Positions 27,115-34,097 of a DNA stretch of 34,097 bases are shown in pieces; position 1 is the first letter of the stretch; every line of letters begins with the position of its first letter. The notes beneath the pieces were generated by a model, which did not search any database, was not told where the DNA came from, and saw only the letters and a program-made list of their open reading frames with translations. Origin of the DNA: a virus (taxonomy: Duplodnaviria; Caudoviricetes); IMG/VR virus record IMGVR_UViG_3300016643_000099, positions 1-34,097 of that record. One strand, 5' to 3'. Both the position numbers and the translations under genes were made by a program.

Positions 27115-27921
27115 ATGCTATACCTGAAAGCCAGCCAATCCAACACCATCAGCGTCACGTGGACAGAGCGCGCAAGCAACGCGAACATCTACAAGTTGAT
27201 TCTGACCAACATCGCCAAGAACACCAGCACCGCGATTTACATAGACGCGATTAGCAACGCGAGCAGTTACGAGGAGAGATATGACCGCTTTACGTTTACG
27301 TTGGGTGCGCTTGAGAAGGGACAATACAAATACGAGGTGTTGCAGGACGCGAATGGATACGAGGCAGGTGACGCGCTTGGCGGCGGATTGTTCGTGTTTG
27401 AGGATGGCGGCTATGCGTACATCAGTGCGGCGGCTGACCAAAGCGACAAAGCACCTTGGGGGTGTGATACAGTGAATATCAGCGGTACATTAGAGGCTAT
27501 CGGCAAAGGCTCGGCAAACACGGCGTTAATCGTTGCGGGTTGCACCACATCGGGTATAAGTGCAGAGATTTGCGAGAAATTAACCCTGAACGGGTATAGC
27601 GATTGGTTTCTTCCTTCGCTGAATGAATTGGCTGAAATGTACACCCAGCTTGATGCTAACGGCTTCGGTGGCTTTGCAAATCAAAGTTATTGGTCATCCA
27701 CGCAGGATTCAGTTGACCCAGTAAAAAACGCAATGACGATTGACTTTAATAACGGCAACGAGCACGCTCACCAGAAGTCACAAACCAACCGCCACACGCG
27801 AGCGATGCGGAGATTTTTGATGGGAACCCCGAAGGTCGTGGAAACAGGATTGGCGTACATCGAACCCGCAGTTGAAACCTACGTTGCACCAAGTAACAAC
27901 AACACCTATGTCAGCTTCTAA
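27115..27921 (+). CDS. Structural protein containing a DUF1566/Lcl-type C-lectin-fold domain
   Basis: IG.G..NT..I, GYSDWFLPSLNEL, YWSSTQ, DFNNG and RAMRRF motifs inside a beta-rich protein just before the portal. Confidence 0.7.
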   Translation: MLYLKASQSNTISVTWTERASNANIYKLILTNIAKNTSTAIYIDAISNASSYEERYDRFTFTLGALEKGQYKYEVLQDANGYEAGDALGGGLFVFEDGGYAYISAAADQSDKAPWGCDTVNISGTLEAIGKGSANTALIVAGCTTSGISAEICEKLTLNGYSDWFLPSLNELAEMYTQLDANGFGGFANQSYWSSTQDSVDPVKNAMTIDFNNGNEHAHQKSQTNRHTRAMRRFLMGTPKVVETGLAYIEPAVETYVAPSNNNTYVSF

Positions 27922-29959
27922 ATTCGCATTCAGTTTCATCCCGACCACCGACTACCAGTTACCCGTTATGCTTGAAAACAAGCAGGCCAATATGGTGCTG
28001 TTTGGTGAGCGCAATGAATACCCATATTACCTGCTTGACAACTACCATAAGAGTGCAAAGCACTGCGCCATCGTGAATGGCAAGGTTCACTACATCGTTG
28101 GCAAGGGATGGAAGGCGAGCGACAAAGGCACGGTTGAACAGCAGGCACGTGCGGAGGAGTTCATCCGCGACCCGAATGTTGAGGATGACCTGAACGACCT
28201 GACCGAGAAGCTGGTGCTGGATTTGGAGTTGTTCAACGGCTTCGCGCTTGCGGTGACGTGGAACAGGGGTGGCGGCATTGCTTTTGTCGAACACGTGCCA
28301 TTCCAGAAGGTACGCGTGTCGTTGGACGATGAGATGTTCCTAATTGCTGACTGGTACGATGCGCGTATGGTTCAGCAGTTTCCACGCGGAAACGAGGTCG
28401 AGAAGATGCCGAAGTTTGATGAGCAGAACCGCGTTGGCAAGCAGATGTTTTACTACCGCCATTATTCGGCAGGAGTTCAGCATTACCCGCTTCCTAATTA
28501 CCAAGGTGCGCTTGCGTACATTGAGTGCGACGCGGAGATAGCGCGCTTTCATATCAACAACATCCGCAACCAGTTTTGGGGCGGGCAGTTGATAAACTTT
28601 GCTGATGGCATCCCGACTGAGGAAGAAAAGGATGAGATTGAACGGATGATGCGCCGCAAGTTCAGCGGTGCAGGGAACGCAGGCAGGTTCGTGTTGACCT
28701 TCAGCAGTGGCAAGGAAAGCGCGCCGAGCATCCAGTCGCTCACGCCGAGCGACCTTGATAAGCAGTTCGACCTGCTGAACAAGCAGATACAAGAAGAAAT
28801 ATTTGTCGCGCACAATGTAACCAACCCACAATTGTTTGGCGTGAAGACCGAAGGGCAGTTGGGTGGCAGGAAGGAATTGATTGAGGCGTATGAGCTGTTC
28901 AAAAACACCTACGTCAACGCACGCGTGATGATTGTGGAACGGATGATTAACTACATTGCAGGATTCAACAACATCGAAGGCCTATACCTATGCCCAACTG
29001 ACCCAGTGACGGAGCAGTTAAGCGAACAGGTGCTGACGCAGATAATGACGCGCAACGAATTGCGCGAGAAGGCAGGACTTGACCCGCTTGAAGAAGAACA
29101 GGCGCAACCCGAAGGCGCACCTGCGGCGGAGGCATTGGCAACCGAGCCAGTGAACGAAGCATTGCGCACGATGACAGGACGGCAGTTTCAGCACCTGATG
29201 CGGATTGTCCGCAACTTCCAGTCGGGCAAGATTAGCGAGGCGCAGGCACGCACGATGTTGGGCAGTGGCTTTGGATTGACCGCCGAGCAGATTAACGACT
29301 TCCTGACCGATGGCCAAGCCGAGTTCAGCGCACAGGGCGAGGATGCAGAGATGCGGGTGTTGGCGACGGTTGGGTCGCAATTTGGCGATGACGCGGAAGC
29401 CTTTGACGTGGTGGATAGCTGGGAACTTGCGCTTGAAGGCGACCCTGAAACCTTTGCGGTGGATGAGGAGGAAGAGAAGCTGGATAAGCGGATTATGGCC
29501 TATCGCAAGAAGAACAGGCTGGCAACGGTGAAAGAAATGGCCGAGGCGTTGAAGGTAAGCCCCGCGAAGATTCGCAAGCGCATTGCGTATCTGCTGGAAA
29601 AGAACCGCTTCCCGATTAGCCGCGATATTGACATCGCAACCAAAGAAAAGCCAGTTGAAGAAGAGGTAGTGGAGGTGCGCTACCGCTACGACTGGCGGCC
29701 TGAATATTCGGGGTTGAGCAAGGAGGATGGATATGACAAAAGCCGCAAGTTCTGCCAGACAATGCTGGATTTGAGCGCGACCAAGTTGTATACGCGTTCA
29801 GATATAAACGACATCGGGCAGTTAGTTGGGTGGAATGTTTGGGAGCGCAGAGGCGGGTGGTTTACCCTTCCCGATGGCAGACACAGGCCATCGTGCAGAC
29901 ATATGTGGGTTCAGCAGTTGGTAGTCAAAAAAGGAACAACAGTTAAACGTGTAGTATGA
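27908..29959 (+). CDS. Portal protein with C-terminal HTH and Cys/His extension
   Basis: FGE.N.YP.YL..Y..S..H.AI, YPLP.Y.GA, FSG..NAG.F and I..AH.V..P.LFG, followed by ~270 extra aa. Confidence 0.85.
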   Translation: MSASKFAFSFIPTTDYQLPVMLENKQANMVLFGERNEYPYYLLDNYHKSAKHCAIVNGKVHYIVGKGWKASDKGTVEQQARAEEFIRDPNVEDDLNDLTEKLVLDLELFNGFALAVTWNRGGGIAFVEHVPFQKVRVSLDDEMFLIADWYDARMVQQFPRGNEVEKMPKFDEQNRVGKQMFYYRHYSAGVQHYPLPNYQGALAYIECDAEIARFHINNIRNQFWGGQLINFADGIPTEEEKDEIERMMRRKFSGAGNAGRFVLTFSSGKESAPSIQSLTPSDLDKQFDLLNKQIQEEIFVAHNVTNPQLFGVKTEGQLGGRKELIEAYELFKNTYVNARVMIVERMINYIAGFNNIEGLYLCPTDPVTEQLSEQVLTQIMTRNELREKAGLDPLEEEQAQPEGAPAAEALATEPVNEALRTMTGRQFQHLMRIVRNFQSGKISEAQARTMLGSGFGLTAEQINDFLTDGQAEFSAQGEDAEMRVLATVGSQFGDDAEAFDVVDSWELALEGDPETFAVDEEEEKLDKRIMAYRKKNRLATVKEMAEALKVSPAKIRKRIAYLLEKNRFPISRDIDIATKEKPVEEEVVEVRYRYDWRPEYSGLSKEDGYDKSRKFCQTMLDLSATKLYTRSDINDIGQLVGWNVWERRGGWFTLPDGRHRPSCRHMWVQQLVVKKGTTVKRVV

Positions 29960-30522
29960 GCATCGCCTTATTTGTAAGTGAGCAATACCTGCTGGAAAAC
30001 AGCGTCATCAACGAAAACGTAGCCTACACCCAAATCAGGCCCACGTTGGTCAAGGTGCAGGATATGCATATTCAACCCGCGCTTGGTTCGGCCTTGTACA
30101 AAGAAGTGCAGGCGCAGGTGGTTAGCGGTTCGGTGACTGCGCTAAACACGACACTGCTTGAAGATTACATCCAACCTGCCATCGTGCAATGGATGTACTT
30201 TGAACTGCCGATGGTGCTATCGTTTAAGTATATGAACAAAGGGATGGACCGCAGGACCAGTACCGAAAGCAACCCGATGAGCGTGGATGAGGTGTTTCAG
30301 TTGATGGACAAGGTCAAGAACGATGCGGAATGGTACACGGAAAGGATAACGCGTTACCTACAAGAGAACCACGCCAGTTACCCATTGTTTGACAACCCAC
30401 CAACGGCTATCGACACGATTTACCCCAATGGAAGCAGTTACGAAACAGGAATGGCACTTGGAAGGCGTGGGCGTTTCCGTGACCCGATTGACTTTCCCGA
30501 AAAACGCTTTTACCCATTTTAA
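29956..30522 (+). CDS. Head-tail adaptor-like protein
   Basis: QD.HIQP.LG..LY..L.DYIQP..Y.ERI..YL, directly after the portal. Confidence 0.55.
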   Translation: MSIALFVSEQYLLENSVINENVAYTQIRPTLVKVQDMHIQPALGSALYKEVQAQVVSGSVTALNTTLLEDYIQPAIVQWMYFELPMVLSFKYMNKGMDRRTSTESNPMSVDEVFQLMDKVKNDAEWYTERITRYLQENHASYPLFDNPPTAIDTIYPNGSSYETGMALGRRGRFRDPIDFPEKRFYPF

Positions 30523-30561
30523 TGGCACACGCGAAAAACATAAACAAATTAAAGCAGTACT

Positions 30562-31065
30562 ATGAGTTGGGTTCGATTAAAGAACGACCTGCTGACGTTT
30601 GCGGCGGGTCATCCACAAATCAACAGCGTGGGCTTCGGCGACCCGTTGGCGATAGGAACGGACAACACAATCAACCTACGGACAACCGACAGGGATAGGG
30701 TTGTTTACCCTTTGCTGTTTGCCGACCTGCAGTCGATGACCGCGAATGTTGGTGCGCTGACGCTTGGCGTTAGCGTGCTTGTGATGGACAGGGTTGAAGA
30801 TAGCCGCAACCTATCCACAGCGGTCACTGGTAGCGTTGTGGTGCGTTGGACGGATAACGAAGACGAGGTGCTGAACGACACGCTGTACATTATGCGTGAC
30901 TTCATCAGCAAATTCACCAACGACCCTGCGAAGGATTACACCTTGCAGGATGCGGTTAGTGCAACGCGATTCGTGGAGGCGCGGGATGACAAGGTCGCAG
31001 GATGGCAGGCAACCGCCAACTTCGACTTTGAATATCCGCACAATTCTTGCGAAGTTCCGACATAA
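30562..31065 (+). CDS. Tail terminator-like protein
   Basis: YPLL, VMD, VLNDTL.I..D and F.E..DD.VAGW pattern. Confidence 0.55.
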   Translation: MSWVRLKNDLLTFAAGHPQINSVGFGDPLAIGTDNTINLRTTDRDRVVYPLLFADLQSMTANVGALTLGVSVLVMDRVEDSRNLSTAVTGSVVVRWTDNEDEVLNDTLYIMRDFISKFTNDPAKDYTLQDAVSATRFVEARDDKVAGWQATANFDFEYPHNSCEVPT

Positions 31066-31075
31066 GTGGTATTTA
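31047..31075 (+). promoter_or_regulatory. Putative phage late promoter
   Basis: TTGCG-N14-GTGGTATTTA. Confidence 0.72.
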
Positions 31076-31090
31076 ACTAAAAACAGCGAT

Positions 31091-31363
31091 ATGAACATTG
31101 GACAACAATTAGACGCAATGCTGGGTGGCTATGGTGGCATTACCGTAGTCACTGGCGCGGTCACAGGTCAGGCGTTTGAATTCCTTGTGGTAAACGCATC
31201 CACGAGTTTCACAACCCTCACCGACAGCGAAGGCAACAACGCGCTGACCTACTTGGGCTTGTCAGGGATTACGGTGATGACAGGGATGATTGTCAGGGCG
31301 CGTTACGGCTTGAAGTTGGCGGCGGCCACTGTATCAGGCGGCAACGTATTTGCGTATTCCTGA
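31091..31363 (+). CDS. Small beta-rich virion protein (90 aa)
   Basis: ATG 31091 after the late promoter, ending in SGGNVFAYS. Confidence 0.65.
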   Translation: MNIGQQLDAMLGGYGGITVVTGAVTGQAFEFLVVNASTSFTTLTDSEGNNALTYLGLSGITVMTGMIVRARYGLKLAAATVSGGNVFAYS

Positions 31364-33405
31364 TGGCATTAGCGCACGGATATGCTTTGCCTTTCGAGGC
31401 AATAAGGCGCACGGGCGTGCTGGCGCAGAACACTGCTGACGCTACCAACCGCGCAACTGCTGATGGCGCGACAAAGGAGGCGGCGGGCAATTGCTTGGAT
31501 GCGCGTGCATTGGAAGTGCAACAGCGCACGGTGGTTCAGCCTTCCATTTTGGTTGTGCCGCAACTAACGCGCAATGGTGTTGTAATGAATCAACTACCTG
31601 ACACCCGCACCAACTTCATCCAAAACAACACGATGGTAGGCGCGACTGGTTCGGTACTACCTACAACTTGGAGTATTGTCGCCCCACCTTCGGGAATTAC
31701 TATTGGCTATTCTGCGAGCGGTCAGACAACTGCGGCTGATGGCACTTTGGTCGATTATGTTGACGTAACGGTGAGTGGCACGGCAACGGCAGCTGGTAAT
31801 TTTAATTTGCGTCCAGAACCTGTGAGTTCAGCTGTCAGCGGTAATTTGTTATTTGCCGCAGGGATGACCTACACGGCCAGTTTTTATATGGCTTTATTGT
31901 CAGGTTCGGTTTCGGGAGTTAGTCCTAATTATCAAATTCAAGAAGTTTCAGGAACTACATTTGTGTCTGGTACTTCATTAGATTTATCGGCGATTACATC
32001 AAGCCTTACAAGATATAGCGTCACACGACAAATGGTAGGCACAGGCGGTGCTAATAGGGTTAGGACGCGTTATGGACACGCCATAGCAAGCGGTCAGGTG
32101 TTGAACTACACGATTCGGATTGCTTCACCGCAGTTGGAGAAGGGTAGTGTTGCTACGCCTATCATCCGCACGGTTAGTGGCTTTGTTACCGTTGATATGC
32201 TTGGGGTGGCGAGAGATGGCGCACCGCCTGACTTCACCTTCACGCGAGCGACCAATGCCACGCGCGTCAATAGCAGCGGCCTCATTGAAAGCGTAGCGTC
32301 GGGAGTGCCGCGCATCGACTGGCTGGGGCAGTCGTGCCCTGCCTTGTTGGTCGAGGCGAGTGGGCAGAATGTATGCTTGCATAGTGAGGTGTTTAATAAT
32401 GCGTTTCATTTTCCTTTTAACTTAAACGCTTTTGGGAGCGGTAGCGTAGCAAATACAACTGCAACGCTTGACCCTTATGGCACTAATGTCGCTGATTACA
32501 TTCAAGAAAATTCTTCGGCATCCGCTCAACACAGTATTATTGATATTTTCGCTGGCAATGTTTCAGGGACAACTTACACTTGGAGCGTTTTTGCAAAAGC
32601 GGCCGAAAGAACTATAATTCAATTAGCCAATAATGCAGGAGGCGGGGGAACTGCAAACTTTAACCTAATCACGGGCGTTGCAACATTAACTAATGGCGTT
32701 TCTTGTTCAATGCAGAATTACGGCAATGGGTGGTATAGATGTATATTGACCTATAACTCAACTGCAACGGGAAACCATAACGTCCAAATTCGCCTCTGCG
32801 ATGCTTCGGGGAATACAACCTACAACGGCACGGGAAATCAAGGCGCATACATCTTTGGCGCACAACTCGAAGCAGGGAGCGTCGCAACGACATACATCCC
32901 CACAACGTCAGGAGCAGTCAGCCGTGCCGCTGATAGCATCAGCGCATCGGGTGCGCTTGTGAGTGGCTTGATAGGCCAAACGGAGGGGACGATTTATGCG
33001 GAGGTGGATATTCGGAACATGGCCAAAGAAACACACCTCATCCGCATAGATGACGGAGCAACTGCCAATGTCATTACCTTACGAACATTGACAAGTAATG
33101 TTATAAGAACGGCTATTACCGCTCCAACAACATCGGGAACGCTTAACATATCCAGTGCAGCTTTCACTGCTGGAATAGTCAAAATCGCCTTTGCATACAA
33201 ATCAGGCGAAATTGCCTTGAGCGTAAATGGCGCAACGGCGTTGACGGCAAATGGGACATTCGCTTTCGGTGCATCTTTTAATAGAATAACACTTGGTAGT
33301 AACCAGTCTGCAAGCAGCGAGTTCAACGACCGCATCCGCGCCGCCGCACTCTACACCACGCGGCTATCTAACGACCAACTTGCAAACCTAACCGCACTAA
33401 CGTAA
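31363..33405 (+). CDS. Fibre/spike receptor-binding protein with repeated modules and LamG-like end
   Basis: Ser/Thr/Gly-rich, two QLE.GSVAT.(Y/I)I.T motifs, FTRA..ATRVN..GLIE and C-terminal Y..RLSN.QL..LT. Confidence 0.7.
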   Translation: MALAHGYALPFEAIRRTGVLAQNTADATNRATADGATKEAAGNCLDARALEVQQRTVVQPSILVVPQLTRNGVVMNQLPDTRTNFIQNNTMVGATGSVLPTTWSIVAPPSGITIGYSASGQTTAADGTLVDYVDVTVSGTATAAGNFNLRPEPVSSAVSGNLLFAAGMTYTASFYMALLSGSVSGVSPNYQIQEVSGTTFVSGTSLDLSAITSSLTRYSVTRQMVGTGGANRVRTRYGHAIASGQVLNYTIRIASPQLEKGSVATPIIRTVSGFVTVDMLGVARDGAPPDFTFTRATNATRVNSSGLIESVASGVPRIDWLGQSCPALLVEASGQNVCLHSEVFNNAFHFPFNLNAFGSGSVANTTATLDPYGTNVADYIQENSSASAQHSIIDIFAGNVSGTTYTWSVFAKAAERTIIQLANNAGGGGTANFNLITGVATLTNGVSCSMQNYGNGWYRCILTYNSTATGNHNVQIRLCDASGNTTYNGTGNQGAYIFGAQLEAGSVATTYIPTTSGAVSRAADSISASGALVSGLIGQTEGTIYAEVDIRNMAKETHLIRIDDGATANVITLRTLTSNVIRTAITAPTTSGTLNISSAAFTAGIVKIAFAYKSGEIALSVNGATALTANGTFAFGASFNRITLGSNQSASSEFNDRIRAAALYTTRLSNDQLANLTALT

Positions 33406-33659
33406 TGGCTACCTTCAGAAAGTATAGCTTCCCAACCCAAGCCGAGTTCGAGGCTTTCTTCACGCTATCCCAACCCGATGCCACCTGCGTGGAGTTGGGC
33501 GACATCGATGGCACCTACTGCGTTGACCTGCTGTGGAACGACCAACCCGATGCAGATTGGGAGCAATTTGAAGTTTGGCCTGAACCTGTCGGCGTGCATA
33601 CCTTCCTCGGCTGGGACGAAACTTACACCAAAGAATACAATGAAAGACTTCCTAAATAG
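33405..33659 (+). CDS. Fibre-associated small protein
   Basis: FRKY.F..VELG..Y.VD.LW..P.P.GVHTF.GW, coupled to the fibre gene. Confidence 0.65.
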   Translation: MATFRKYSFPTQAEFEAFFTLSQPDATCVELGDIDGTYCVDLLWNDQPDADWEQFEVWPEPVGVHTFLGWDETYTKEYNERLPK

Positions 33660-33942
33660 TATCGGCATCAACATCGGCCTAACCATCGCGGGCTTCCTTG
33701 GCTCGCTTATCCTGCTTCCCAAACAGCGGAATTGGAAGATGCAGTTGATTAGCGTGTTCAGTGGCTCACTATGCGCCACCTACCTCGCGCCTGTGGTGAT
33801 TGGCTTTCTGGGAATAAACGCGCCGAATATCGAATATGGCATTGCATTCTTGGTGGGATTCAGCGGGGTCAAAATCGCCGAAGTGCTTGAAAAAAAACTA
33901 CTCAAAACCCTTAACAATGGAAGTCACCCGCAACGCAACTAA
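33640..33942 (+). CDS. Holin-like protein with three hydrophobic segments
   Basis: ATG 33640 MKDFLNSIGINIGLTIAGFLGSLILL.., with a basic C-terminus. Confidence 0.65.
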   Translation: MKDFLNSIGINIGLTIAGFLGSLILLPKQRNWKMQLISVFSGSLCATYLAPVVIGFLGINAPNIEYGIAFLVGFSGVKIAEVLEKKLLKTLNNGSHPQRN

Positions 33943-34097
33943 CATCCACACCCTGAACTACGAGGGCGACGAACTGAACCTTCTGCTCATTTCCGACATA
34001 CATTGGGACAACCCGAAGTGCGACAGGGTGTTGCTCAAAAAGCATTTGGACATAGCAAAAGAAATGAACGCAGGGGTCATCGTCAATGGTGACTTTT
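33917..34097 (+). CDS. Metallophosphoesterase, 5' part (continues at base 11 after the overlap)
   Basis: MEVTRN..LLLISDIHWDNPKCD..VIVNGDF contains the DxH and GD motifs. Confidence 0.88.
   Translation, partial: MEVTRNATNIHTLNYEGDELNLLLISDIHWDNPKCDRVLLKKHLDIAKEMNAGVIVNGDF

Larger units (their letters stand above)
1..34097 (+). mobile_element. Complete circularly permuted tailed phage genome (probable Bacteroidota siphovirus)
   Basis: Terminase, portal, capsid, tail, lysis and replication genes are all present and co-oriented. The 10-bp terminal overlap GGTGACTTTT has an ORF reading through it. Confidence 0.93.

Noticed and set aside
27115-27921. Complete diversity-generating retroelement
   Set aside because: No reverse transcriptase ORF and no second copy of the putative variable region were seen.
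30522-30698. 58-aa ORF MAHAKNINKLKQYY.. coupled to the adaptor stop
   Set aside because: It mostly overlaps the next gene out of frame and has no motif support. It may only be a short coupling peptide.
148-33779. Minus-strand ORFs in the track
   Set aside because: They lie largely antisense to better-supported + strand genes and show no recognisable motifs.
1-34097. tRNA/rRNA genes or an alternative genetic code
   Set aside because: No cloverleaf or rRNA-like sequence was seen, and genes tile densely under the standard code with TAA, TAG and TGA all used as stops.

Overview
The window looks like a complete, circularly closed ~34.1-kb tailed phage genome, most likely a siphovirus of a Bacteroidota host. 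The host call rests on TAnnTTTG -7 promoter boxes, A/C-rich translation starts without Shine-Dalgarno sites, and a BT4734/VirE-type primase-helicase. Bases 34088-34097 repeat bases 1-10, and a metallophosphoesterase reads in frame across the join. All credible genes are on the + strand. The order is lysis (amidase, u-spanin, holin), an early region of small genes joined by stop-to-start repeats, recombination/SSB, primase-helicase, an iteron origin, SF2 helicase, VRR-NUC, a phage sigma factor and terminases. A structural region with scrambled order follows, carrying an acetyltransferase and two glycosyltransferases. No integrase, repressor, DNA polymerase, tRNA, CRISPR array or reverse transcriptase was recognised. 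The main observations are (i) repeat-delimited early gene cassettes, (ii) a late hairpin RNA whose loop is antisense to a start-associated motif, (iii) a six-copy bipartite late promoter TTGYR-N14-GTGGTATTTA, (iv) a structured attenuator leader before the primase, (v) a -1 frameshifted tail chaperone missed by the ORF track, and (vi) a DUF1566-like lectin domain inserted in a structural protein. Family names come from motif recognition by eye, not from database searches.
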